Below, in pieces: positions 12,781 through 26,523 of a stretch of DNA of 64,000 nucleotides. How positions within the stretch are numbered: the stretch's first letter is position 1; the number at the start of each line of letters is the position of its first letter. The stretch lies in contig NC_091995.1 in NCBI RefSeq assembly GCF_044704955.1, positions 47,182,001-47,246,000 on the forward strand. The letters run 5' to 3'. Position numbers and translations under genes: made by a program. Under the pieces are notes generated by a model. That model did not search any database. It had not been told where the DNA came from and saw nothing but the letters and a program-made list of their open reading frames with translations. The stretch comes from Pristiophorus japonicus. Taxonomy: Eukaryota.

Positions 12781-15700
12781 TAAACAGAGGGGCAGTCAGT
12801 GTTACTAACTCAGACCAAACACAGGGCAGTCAGTGTTACTAACTCAGACTAAACACGGGGCAGTCAGTGTAACTAACTCAGACTAAAGAGAGGACAGTCA
12901 GTGTAACTAACTTAGACTAAGCACGGGACTGTCCGTCTAACAGACTCATACTAAACATGGGACAGTCAGTGTAACTAACTCAGATTAAACAAGGGATAGT
13001 CAGTGTAACTAACTCAGACTAAACAGGGGACAGTCAGTGTAACTAACTCAGATTAAACAGGGGGCAGTCAGTGCAATTAACTCAGATTAAACACAGGGCA
13101 GTCAGTATAACTGACTCAGACTAAACACGGGACAGTCAGTGTAACTGACTCAGACCAAACAGGGGACAGTCAGTATAACAGACACAGACCAATCAGGGGA
13201 CAATCAGTGTAACTGACTCAGACTAAACACAGGGCAATCAGTATAACTAACTCAGATTAAACACGGGACAGTCAGTGTTACTAATCAGACTAAACATGGG
13301 ATAGTCAGTGTAACTAACTCAGACTAAACACAGGGCAGTCATTGTTACTACTCAGACTAAACACGGGACAGCCAGTGTAACTGACTCAGACTAAACACAG
13401 GGCAGTCAGTGTAACTGACTCAGATTAAACACGGTACAGTCAGTGTAACAAACTCAGACTAAACACGGGGCAATCAGTGTAACTAACTCAGATGAAACAC
13501 GGACAGTCAGTGTAACTAACTCAGACTAAATAGGGAACAGTCAGTGTAACTAATTCAGACTAAACAGGGAAAATCAGTGCAACTAACTCAGACTAAACAC
13601 GGGACAGTCAGTGTAACTAACTCAGACTAAATACGGGACAGACAGGGTAACAAAATCAGACTAAACACGGCACATTCAGTTTAACTAACTTACACAAAAC
13701 AGGGGACAGTCAGTGTAACTAACTCAGGCTAAACACGGGGCAGTCAGTGTTACTGACTCAGATTAAACAGGGGGCAGTCAGTGTAACTAACTCAAATTAA
13801 ACAAGGGATAGTCAATGCAACTAACTCAGACTAAACAGGGGACAGTCAGTGTAACTAACTCAGATTAAACAGGGGGCAGTCAGTGCAATTAACTCAGATT
13901 AAACACGGGGCAGTCAGTGTAACTAACACCGATTAAACACGGGGCAGTCAGTGTAACTGACTCAGAATATACAAGGACAGTCAGTGTAACTAACTGAGAC
14001 GAAACACGGAAAGTCAGTATCACTAACTCAGAGTAAACACGGGACAGTCAGTGTAACTAACTTAGACTAAACACGGGACAGTCAGGGTAACTAAATCAGA
14101 CTAAACACGGGATATTCAGTTTAACTAACTTATACAAAACAGGGGAGAGTCAGTGTAACTAACTCAGACTAAACACGGGGCAGTCAGTGTTACTGACTCA
14201 GATTAAACAGGGGCCAGTCAGTGTAACTGACTCAGACTAAACATGGAACAATCAGTATAACTAACTCAGACTAAATGCGGACAGTCAGTGTAAGTAACTC
14301 AGACTGAACATGGGACAGTCATTGTAACAAACTCAGATGAAACAGGGGCCAGTCAGTGTAACTGACTCAGACTAAACATGGAACAATCAGTATAACTAAC
14401 TCAGACTAAATGCGGACAGTCACTGTAAGTAACTCAGACTGAACATGGGACAGTCATTGTAACAAACTCAGATGAAACACGGGACAGTCAGTGTAACTGA
14501 CTCAGACTAAACACGGGATTGTCCGTGTAACAGACCCAGACTAAACATGGGACAGTCAGTGTAACTAACTCAGATTAAACAAGGGATAGTCAGTGCAACG
14601 AACTCAGACTAAACAGGGGACAGTCAGTGTCACGAACTCAGATTAAACAGGGGGCAGTCAGTGCAATTAACTCAGATTAAACACGGGGCAGTCAGTGCAA
14701 CTAACTCAGATTAAACACGGGGCACTCAGTGCAACGAACTCAGACTAAACACGGGACAGTCAGTGTAACTGACTCAGACTAAACAGGGGGCAGTCAGTGT
14801 AACTGACAGAGACCAATCAGGGGACAATCAGTGTAACTGACTCAGACTAAACACACGGCAGTCAGTGTTACAAATCAGACTAAACACGGGACAGTCAGTG
14901 TTACTAATCAGACTAAACACGGGATGGTCAGTGTAACTAACTCAGACTAAACACAGGGCAGTCATTGTTACTACTCAGACGAAACACGGGACAGTCAGTA
15001 ACTGACTCAGACTAAACACAGGGCAGTCAGTGTAACTGACTCAGATTAAACAGAGGGCAGTCAGTGTAACTGACTCTGACTAAAGACAGGGCAGTCAGTG
15101 TAACTGACTCAGATTAAACAGAGGGCAGTCAGTGTAACTAACTCAGATGAAACACGGACAGTCAGTGTAACTAACTCAGACTAAACAGGGGACAGTCAGT
15201 GTAACTAACTCAGACTAAACACGGAAAATCAGTGTAACTAACTCAGACTAAACACGGGACAGTCAGTGTAACTAACTCAGACTAAACACAGGGCAATCAG
15301 TATAACTAACTCAGATTAAACACGGGACAGTCAGTGTTACTAATCAGACTAAACATGGGATAGTCAGTGTAACTAACTCAGACTAAACACAGGGCAGTCA
15401 TTGTTACTACTCAGACTAAACACGGGACAGCCAGTGTAACTGACTCAGACTAAACACAGGGCAGTCAGTGTAACTGACTCAGATTAAACACGGTACAGTC
15501 AGTGTAACAAACTCAGACTAAACACGGGGCAATCAGTGTAACTAACTCAGATGAAACACGGGCAGTCAGTGTAACTAACTCAGACTAAATAGGGAACAGT
15601 CAGTGTAACTAATTCAGACTAAACAGGGAAAATCAGTGCAACTAACTCAGACTAAACACGGGACAGTCAGTGTAACTAACTCAGACTAAATACGGGACAG

Positions 15701-18700
15701 ACAGGGTAACAAAATCAGACTAAACACGGCACATTCAGTTTAACTAACTTACACAAAACAGGGGACAGTCAGTGTAACTAACTCAGGCTAAACACGGGGC
15801 AGTCAGTGTTACTGACTCAGATTAAACAGGGGGCAGTCAGTGTAACTAACTCAAATTAAACAAGGGATAGTCAATGCAACTAACTCAGACTAAACAGGGG
15901 ACAGTCAGTGTAACTAACTCAGATTAAACAGGGGGCAGTCAGTGCAATTAACTCAGATTAAACACGGGGCAGTCAGTGTAACTAACACCGATTAAACACG
16001 GGGCAGTCAGTGTAACTGACTCAGAATATACAAGGACAGTCAGTGTAACTAACTGAGACGAAACACGGAAAGTCAGTATCACTAACTCAGAGTAAACACG
16101 GGACAGTCAGTGTAACTAACTTAGACTAAACACGGGACAGTCAGGGTAACTAAATCAGACTAAACACGGGATATTCAGTTTAACTAACTTATACAAAACA
16201 GGGGAGAGTCAGTGTAACTAACTCAGACTAAACACGGGGCAGTCAGTGTTACTGACTCAGATTAAACAGGGGCCAGTCAGTGTAACTGACTCAGACTAAA
16301 CATGGAACAATCAGTATAACTAACTCAGACTAAATGCGGACAGTCAGTGTAAGTAACTCAGACTGAACATGGGACAGTCATTGTAACAAACTCAGATGAA
16401 ACAGGGGCCAGTCAGTGTAACTGACTCAGACTAAACATGGAACAATCAGTATAACTAACTCAGACTAAATGCGGACAGTCACTGTAAGTAACTCAGACTG
16501 AACATGGGACAGCCATTGTAACAAACTCAGATGAAACACGGGACAGTCAGTGTAACTGACTCAGACTAAACACGGGATTGTCCGTGTAACAGACTCAGAC
16601 TAAACATGGGACAGTCAGTGTAACTAACTCAGATTAAACAAGGGATAGTCAGTGCAACGAACTCAGACTAAACAGGGGACAGTCAGTGTCACGAACTCAG
16701 ATTAAACAGGGGGCAGTCAGTGCAATTAACTCAGATTAAACACGGGGCAGTCAGTGCAACCAACTCAGATTAAACACGGGGCACTCAGTGCAACGAACTC
16801 AGACTAAACACGGGACAGTCAGTGTAACTGACTCAGACTAAACAGGGGGCAGTCAGTGTAACTGACAGAGACCAATCAGGGGACAATCAGTGTAACTGAC
16901 TCAGACTAAACACACGGCAGTCAGTGTTACAAATCAGACTAAACACGGGACAGTCAGTGTTACTAATCAGACTAAACACGGGATGGTCAGTGTAACTAAC
17001 TCAGACTAAACACAGGGCAGTCATTGTTACTACTCAGACGAAACACGGGACAGTCAGTAACTGACTCAGACTAAACACAGGGCAGTCAGTGTAACTGACT
17101 CAGATTAAACAGAGGGCAGTCAGTGTAACTGACTCTGACTAAAGACAGGGCAGTCAGTGTAACTGACTCAGATTAAACAGAGGGCAATCAGTGTAACTAA
17201 CTCAGATGAAACACGGACAGTCAGTGTAACTAACTCAGACTAAACAGGGGACAGTCAGTGTAACTAACTCAGACTAAACACGGAAAATCAGTGTAACTAA
17301 CTCAGACTAAACACGGGACAGTCAGTGTAACTAACTCAGACTAAACACGGGACAGACAGGGTAACTAAATCAGACTAAACACGGGACATTCAGTTGAAGT
17401 AACTTACGCAAAACAGGGGACAGTCAGTGTAACTAACTCAGACTAAACACGGGGCAGTCAGTGTAACTGACTCAGACTAAACACGGACAGTCAGTGTAAG
17501 TAACTCAGACTAAACAGGGGACAGTCAGTGTAACTAACTCAGCCTAAACACGGAAAATCAGTGTAACTAACTCAGACTAAACACGGGGCAGTCAGTGTAA
17601 CTGACTCAGACTAAACACGGGACAGTCAGTGTAACTGACACAGACTAAACACGGGACAGTCAGTGTAACTGACTCAGACTAAACAGGGGGCAGTCAGTGT
17701 AACTGACAGAGACCAATCAGGGGACAATCAGTGTAACTGACTCAGACTAAACACACGGCAGTCAGTGTTACGAATCAGACTAAACACGGGACAGTCAGTG
17801 TTACTAATCAGACTAAACACGGGATGGTCAGTGTAACTAACTCAGACTAAACGCAGGGCAGTCATTGTTGCTACTCAGACGAAACATGGGACAGTCAGTA
17901 ACTGACTCAGACTAGACACAGGGCAGTCAGTGTAACTGACTCAGATTAAACAGAGGGCAGTCAGTGTAATTAACTCAGACTAAACAAGGAGCAATCAGTG
18001 TAACTAACTCAGACTAAACACGGACAGTCAGTGTAACTAACTCAGACTAAACACGGGACAGACAGGGTAACTAAATCAGACTAAACACGGGACATTCAGT
18101 TGAAGTAACCTACGCAAAACAGGGGACAGTCAGTGTAACTAACTCAGACTAAACACGGGGCAGTCAGTGAAACTGACTCAGACTAAACACGGACAGTCAG
18201 TGTAAGTAACTCAGACTAAACAGGGGACAGTCAGTGTAACTAACTCAGACTAAACACGGAAAATCAGTGTAACTAACTCAGACTAAACACGGGGCAGTCA
18301 GTGTAACTGACTCAGACTAAACACGCGACAGTCAGTGTAACTGACACAGACTAAACACGGGGCAGTCATTGTTACTGACTCAGATTAAACACTGGACAGT
18401 CAGTGTAACTGACTCAGACTAAACATGGAACAATCAGTGTAACTAACTCAGACTAAACACGGACAGTCAGTGTAAGTAACTCAGACTAAACACGGGACAG
18501 ACAGGGTAACTAAATCAGACTAAACACGGGACATTCAGTTGAAGTAACCTACGCAAAACAGGGGACAGTCAGTGTAACTAACTCAGACTAAACACGGAAA
18601 ATCAGTGTAACTAACTCAGACTAAACACGGGGCAGTCAGTGTAACTGACTCAGACTAAACACGGGACAGTCAGTGTAACTGACACAGACTAAACACGGGG

Positions 18701-21700
18701 CAGTCATTGTTACTGACTCAGATTAAACACGGGACAGTCAGTGTAACTGACTCAGACTAAACATGGAACAATCAGTGTAACTAACTCAGACTAAACACGG
18801 ACAGTCAGTGTAAGTAACTCAGACTAAACACGGGACAGTCAGTGTAACTGACTCAGACTAAACACGGGATTGTCCGTGTAACAGACTCAGACTAAACATG
18901 GGACAGTCAGTGTAACTAACTCAGATTAAACAGGGGATAGTCAGTGCAACGAACTCAGACTAAACAGGGGAGAGTCAGTGTCACGAACTCAGATTAAACA
19001 GGGGGCAGTCAGTGCAATTAACTCAGATTAAACACGGGGCAGTCAGTGCAACTAACTCAGATTAAACACGGGGCACTCAGTGCAACTGACTCAGACTAAA
19101 CACGGGACAGTCAGTGTAACTGACTCAGACTAAACAGGGGGCAGTCAGTGTAACTGACAGAGACCAATCAGGGGACAATCAGTGTAACTGACTCATACTA
19201 AACACACGGCAGTCAGTGTTACAAATCAGACTAAACACGGGACAGTCAGTGTTACTAATCAGACTAAATACGGGATGGTCAGTGTAACTAACTCAGACTA
19301 AACACGGGACAGTCATTGTTACTACTCAGACTAAACACGGGACAGTCAGTAACTGACTCAGACTAAACACAGGGCAGTCAGTGTAACTGACTCAGATTAA
19401 ACAGAGGGCAGTCAGTGTAACTAACTCAGATTAAACAGGGGGCAGTTAGTGCAATTAACTCAGATTAAACACGGGGCAGTCAGTGTAACTAACACCGATT
19501 AAACACGGGGCAGTCAGTGTAACTGACTCAGAGTAAACACGGGACAGTCAGTGCAACTAACTTAGACTAAACACGGGACAGTCAGGGTAACTAAATCAGA
19601 ATAAACACGGGACATTCAGTTTAACTAACGTACACAAAACAGGGGAGAGTCAGTGTAACTAACTCAGACTAAACACGGGGCAGTCAGTGTTACTGACTCA
19701 GATTAAACAGGGGCCAGTCAGTGTAACTGACTCAGAATAAACATGGAACAATCAGTGTAACTAACTCAGACTAAGCAAGGGATAGTCAGTGCAACGAACT
19801 CAGACTAAACAGGGGACAGTCAGTGTCACAAACTCAGATTAAACAGGGGGCAGTCAGTGCAATTAACTCAGATTAAACACGGGGCAGTCAGTGCAACCAA
19901 CTCAGATTAAACACGGGGCACTCAGTGCAACTAACTCAGACTAAACACGGGACAGTCAGTGTAACTGACTCAGACTAAACAGGGGGCAGTCAGTGTAACT
20001 GACAGAGACCAATCAGGGGACAATCAGTGTAACTGACTCAGACTAAACACACGGCAGTCAGTGTTACAAATCAGACTAAACACGGGACAGTCAGTGTTAC
20101 TAATCAGACTAAACACGGGATGGTCAGTGTAACTAACTCAGACTAAACGCAGGGCAGTCATTGTTGCTACTCAGACGAAACATGGGACAGTCAGTAACTG
20201 ACTCAGACTAAACACAGGGCAGTCAGTGTAACTGACTCAGATTAAACAGAGGGCAGTCAGTGTAATTAACTCAGACTAAACAAGGAGCAATCAGTGTAAC
20301 TAACTCAGACTAAACAAGGAGCAATCAGTGTAACTAACTCAGACTAAACACGGACAGTCAGTGTAACTAACTCAGACTAAACAGGGGACAGTCAGTGTAA
20401 CTAACTCAGACTAAACACGGAAAATCAGTGTAACTAACTCAGACTAAACACGGGACAGTCAGTGTAACTAACTCAGACTAAACACGGGACAGACAGGGTA
20501 ACTAAATCAGACTAAACACGGGACATTCAGTTGAAGTAACCTACGCAAAACAGGGGACAGTCAGTGTAACTAACTCAGACTAAACACAGGACAGTCAGTG
20601 TAACTAACTCAGACTAAACAGGGGACAGACAATGTAACTAACTCAGACTAAACATGGGACAGTCAGTGGAATTAACTCAGACTAAACACGGGACAGTCAC
20701 TGTAACTAACTCAGACTAAACACGGACAGTCAGTGTAATTGACACAGACATGACACGGGACTGTCAGTGTAACTGACTCAGACTAAACACGGGACAGACT
20801 AAACAGGGGACAGTCAGTGTCACTGACTCAGACTAAACAAGTGACAGTCAGATTAACTGACTCAGATTAAACACGGGACAGTCAGTGTAACTGACTCAGA
20901 CTAAACAGTGGACAGACAGTTTAACTAACTCAGACTAAACACGGGATAGTCAGTGTAACTAACTCAGACTAAACAGGGGGCAGTCAGTGCAACTGACTCA
21001 GATTAAACAGGGGGCAGTCAGTGTAACTGACTCAGACTAAACACGGGACAGTCAGTGTAACTGACTCAGACTAAACAAGGGACAGTCAGTGTAACTGACT
21101 CAGACTAAACACAGGGCAGTCAGTGCAACTGACTCAGACTAAACAGGGGACAGTCAGTGTAACTGACTCAGACTAAACACGGGAGAGTCAGTGTAACTAA
21201 TTCAGACTAAACATGGGACAGTCAGTTTAACTAACACAGACTAAACACGGGATAGTCAGTGTAACTAACTCAGACTAAACACGGGACAGTCAGTGTAACC
21301 AACTCAGACTAAACACGGGACATTCAGTGCAACTGACTCAGACTAAACAGCGGACAGTCAGTGTAACTGACTCAGACTAAACAAAGGACAGTCAGTGTAA
21401 CTGACTCAGACTAAATACATGGCAGTCAGTGTAACGAACTCAGACTAAATAGGGGACAGTCAGTGTAACTAACTCAGACTAAACACGGGACAGTCAGTGT
21501 AACTGACTCAGACTGAACACGGGACAGTCAGTGTAACTGACTCAGACTAAACATGGGGCAGTCATTGTAACTAACTCAGACTAAACACGGGGCAGTCAGT
21601 GTAACTGACTCAGACTAAACACGGCACAGTCCGTGTAACTGACTCAGACTAAACACGGAGCAGTCAGTGTTACTGAATCAGACTAAACACGGGACAGTCA

Positions 21701-24700
21701 GTGTAACTGACTCAGACTAAACAAGGGCCAATCAGTGTAAGTGACTCAGACTAAACATGGGGCAGTCAGTGTAACTGACTCAGACTAAACACGGGACAGT
21801 CAGTGTAACTAACTCAGACTAAACACGGGACAGTCAGTGTAACTAACTCAGACTATACACGGACAGTCAGTGTAATTGACACAGACATAACATGGGACAG
21901 TCAGTGTAACTGACTCAGACTAAAAACAGGACAGTCAGTATAACTGACTCAGACTAAACAGGGGACAGTCAGTGTAACTGACTCAGACTAAACAGGGGGC
22001 AGTCAGTGTAACTAACTCAGACGAAACAAGGGGCAGTCCGATTAACTGACTCAGACTAAACACGGGAAAGTCAGTGTAACTAACTCAGACTAAACACAGG
22101 ACATTCAGTGTAACTAACTCAGACTAAACAAGGGACAGTCAGTGTAACTGACTCAGACTAAACACAGGGCAGTCAGTGCAACTGACTCAGACTAAACAGG
22201 GGACAGTCAGTGTAACTGACTCAGACTAAACACGGGAGAGTCAGTGTAACTAATTCAGACTAACCACGGGACAGTCAGTTTAACTAACACAGACTAAACA
22301 CGGGATAGTCAGTGTAACTAACTCAGACTAAACACGGGACAGTCAGTGTAACTGACTCAGACTAAATACATGGCAGTCAGTGCAACGAACTCAGACTAAA
22401 TAGGGGACAGTCAGTGTAACTAACTCAGACTAAACACGGGACAGTCAGTGTAACTAACTCAGACTAAACACGGGACAGTCAGTGTAACTGACTCAGACTA
22501 AACACCGGGCAGTCAGTGTAACTGACTCAGACTAAACAAGGGACAGTCAGTGCAACTGACTCAGACTAAACACCGGGCAGTCAGTGTAACGAACTCAGAC
22601 TAAATAGGGGACAGTCAGTGTAACTAACTCAGACTAAACACGGGACAGTCAGTGTAACTGACTCAGACTAAACACGGGACAGTCAGTGTAACTGACTCAG
22701 ACTAAACACCGGGCAGTCAGTGTAACTGACTCAGACTAAACACGGAGAGTCATTGTAACTAACTCAGACTAAACAAGGGGCAGTCATTGTAACTAACTCA
22801 GACTAAACACGGTATAGTCCGTGTAACGGACTCAGACCAAACACGGGGCAGTCAGTGTAACTAACTCAGACGAAACACGGACAGTTAGTTTAACTGACAC
22901 AGACTAAACACGGGACAGTCAGTTTAACTAACACAGACTAAACACGGGATAGTCAGTGTAACTAACTCAGACTAAACACGGGACAGTCAGTGTAGCCAAC
23001 TCAGACTAAACACGGGACATTCAGTGCAACTGACTCAGACTAAACAAAGGACAGTCAGTGTAACTGACTCAGACTAAATACATGGCAGTCAGTGTAACGA
23101 ACTCAGACTAAATAGGGGACAGTCAGTGTAACTAACTCAGACTAAACACGGGACAGTCAGTGTAACTGACTCAGACTAAACACGGGACAGTCAGTGTAAC
23201 TGACTCAGACTAAACACCGGGCAGTCAGTGTAACTGACTCAGACTAAACACGGGACAGTCAGTGTAACTAACTCAGACTAAACAAGGGACAGTCAGTGTA
23301 ACTGACTCAGACTAAACACAGGGCAGTCAGTGCAACTGACGCAGACTAAACAGGGGACAGTCAGTGTAACTGACTCAGACTAAACACGGGAGAGTCAGTG
23401 TAACTAATTCAGACTAACCACGGGACAGTCAGTTTAACTAACACAGACTAAACACGGGATAGTCAGTGTAACTAACTCAGACTAAACACGGGACAGTCAG
23501 TGTAACTGACTCAGACTAAATACATGGCAGTCAGTGCAACGAACTCAGACTAAATAGGGGACAGTCAGTGTAACTAACTCAGACTAAACACGGGACAGTC
23601 AGTGTAACTAACTCAGACTAAACACGGGACAGTCAGTGTAACTGACTCAGACTAAACACCGGGCAGTCAGTGTAACTGACTCAGACTAAACAAGGGACAG
23701 TCAGTGCAACTGACTCAGACTAAACACCGGGCAGTCAGTGTAACTAACTCAGACTAAACACAGGACATTCAGTGTAACTAACTCAGACTAAACAAGGGAC
23801 AGTCAGTGTAACTGACTCAGACTAAACACAGGGCAGTCAGTGCAACTGACACAGACTAAACACGGGACAGTCAGTTTAACTAACACAGACTAAACACGGG
23901 ATAGTCAGTGTAACTAACTCAGACTAAACACGGGACAGTCAGTGTAGCCAACTCAGACTAAACACGGGACATTCAGTGCAACTGACTCAGACTAAACAAA
24001 GGACAGTCAGTGTAACTGACTCAGACTAAATACATGGCAGTCAGTGTAACAAACTCAGACTAAATAGGGGACAGTCAGTGTAACTAACTCAGACTAAACA
24101 CGGGACAGTCAGTGTAACTGACTCAGACTAAACACGGGACAGTCAGTGTAACTGACTCAGACTAAACACCGGGCAGTCAGTGTAACTGACTCAGACTAAA
24201 CACGGGACAGTCAGTGTAACTAACTCAGACTAAACAAGGGACAGTCAGTGTAACTGACTCAGACTAAACACAGGGCAGTCAGTGCAACTGACTCAGACTA
24301 AACAGGGAACAGTCAGTGTAACTGACTCAGACTAAACACGGGAGAGTCAGTGTAACTAATTCAGACTAACCACGGGACAGTCAGTTTAACTAACACAGAC
24401 TAAACACGGGATAGTCAGTGTAACTAACTCAGACTAAACACGGGACAGTCAGTGTAACTGACTCAGACGAAATACATGGCAGTCAGTGCAACGAACTCAG
24501 ACTAAATAGGGGACAGTCAGTGTAACTAACTCAGACTAAACACGGGACAGTCAGTGTAACTAACTCAGACTAAACACGGGACAGTCAGTGTAACTGACTC
24601 AGACTAAACACCGGGCAGTCAGTGTAACTGACTCAGACTAAACAAGGGACAGTCAGTGCAACTGACTCAGACTAAACACCGGGCAGTCAGTGTAACGAAC

Positions 24701-26392
24701 TCAGACTAAATAGGGGACAGTCAGTGTAACTAACTCAGACTAAACACGGGACAGTCAGTGTAACTGACTCAGACTAAACACGGGACAGTCAGTGTAACTG
24801 ACTCAGACTAAACACCGGGCAGTCAGTGTAACTGACTCAGACTAAACACGGAGAGTCATTGTAACTAACTCAGACTAAACAAGGGGCAGTCATTGTAACT
24901 AACTCAGACTAAACACGGGATAGTCCGTGTAACGGACTCAGACCAAACACGGGGCAGTCAGTGTAACTAACTCAGACGAAACACGGACAGTTAGTTTAAC
25001 TGACACAGACTAAACACGGGACAGTCAGTGTGACTAACTCAGACTAAACATGGGGCAGTCAGTGTAACTAAATCAGACTAAACACGGGGCAGTCACTGTA
25101 ACTAACTCAGACTAAACACGGACAGTCAGTGTAACTGACTCAGACTAAACACGGGACAGTCAGTGTAACTGACTCAGACTAAACACGGGACAGTCAGTGT
25201 AACTGACTCAGACTAAACATGGGACAGTCAGTGTAACTGACTCAGACTAAACACGGGACAGTCAGTGTAACTGACTCAGACTAAACACCGGGCAGTCAGT
25301 GTAACTGACTCAGACTAAACAAGGGACAGTCAGTGCAACTGACTCAGACTAAACACCGGGCAGTCAGTGTAACGAACTCAGACTAAATAGGGGACAGTCA
25401 GTGTAACTAACTCAGACTAAACACGGGACAGTCAGTGTAACTGACTCAGACTAAACACGGGACAGTCAGTGTAACTGACTCAGACTAAACACCGGGCAGT
25501 CAGTGTAACTGACTCAGACTAAACACGGAGAGTCATTGTAACTAACTCAGACTAAACAAGGGGCAGTCATTGTAACTAACTCAGACTAAACACGGGATAG
25601 TCCGTGTAACGGACTCAGACCAAACACGGGGCAGTCAGTGTAACTAACTCAGACGAAACACGGACAGTTAGTTTAACTGACACAGACTAAACACGGGACA
25701 GTCAGTGTGACTAACTCAGACTAAACACGGGGCAGTCAGTGTAACTAACTCAGACTAAACACGGGGCAGTCAGTGCAACTAACTCAGACTAAACTCGGAC
25801 AGTCAGTGTAACTGACACATACGAAACATGGGGCAGTCAGTGTAACTAAATCAGACTAAACACGGGGCAGTCACTGTAACTAACTCAGGCTAAACACGGA
25901 CAGTCAGTGTAACTGACTCAGACTAAACACGGGACAGTCAGTGTAACTGACTCAGACTAAACACGGGACAGTCAGTGTAACTGACTCAGACTAAACACGG
26001 GGCAGTCAGTGTAACTGACTCAGACTAAACACAGGACAGTCAATGTAACTGACTCAGACTAAACACGGGCCAGTCCGTGTAACTGATTCCGACTTAAGAA
26101 TGGGCAGTCCGTGTAACTGACTCAGACTAAACAGGGGGCAGTCAATGTAACTAATTCAGACTAAACACGGACAGTCCATGTAACTGACTCAGATTAAACA
26201 CGGGAAAATCGGTGTAACCCAGACTAAACACTGAGCAGTCTGTGTAAACTGGACTAAACACAGAGTAACTCAGTGTAACTAACTCAGATTAAACACGGGA
26301 AAATTGGTGTAACCCAGACTCAACACTGGGCAGTCTCTGTAAACTGTACTAAACACGGAGTAACTCAGTGTAACTAACTCAGATTATACATG
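12781..26392. repeat. 34-bp satellite 1 (AACT[A/G]ACTCAGACTAAACACGGGACAGTCAGTGT), ~400 units, with higher-order repeats
   Basis: Uninterrupted tandem array; diagnostic variants recur at 2059, 2106, 952 and 677 bp spacing; some 30-bp units reappear at ~26200-26390. Confidence 0.97.
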
Positions 26393-26471
26393 GGTCCAAT
26401 ATGTCATTCACGCTGGCGGTCATGTCATGCAATAAAGACTATAGCCGCACAAGTCACGTGGTTTGACTTAC

Positions 26472-26523
26472 CAGGAACCGCCCTTTGAAAATAGCAAAGG
26501 CTCAGGAAAACAAAGCGGAACAT
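26472..26523 (-). CDS. MHC class I-like gene exon 1 (signal peptide MFRFVFLSLCYFQRAVP)
   Basis: Minus strand gaaacATG (A at -3), 17 hydrophobic codons plus 1 nt, then a consensus donor G|GTAAGT. The phase-1 G joins the AG of exon 2 to give GAG (E) before SHSL. Linkage to exon 2 is inferred from phase and strand; no better leader was seen in the intervening unique DNA. Confidence 0.78.

Noticed and set aside
12781-26200. AP-1/IRF composite (AICE) or ARE/MARE elements
   Set aside because: TGACTCA is followed by GACTAAAC, not N4-GAAA or GCA; only the plain AP-1 site is supported.
11776-26392. CRISPR-like array (30-34-bp repeats)
   Set aside because: Units are directly tandem with no unique spacers, there are no cas genes, and the context is a eukaryotic intron.
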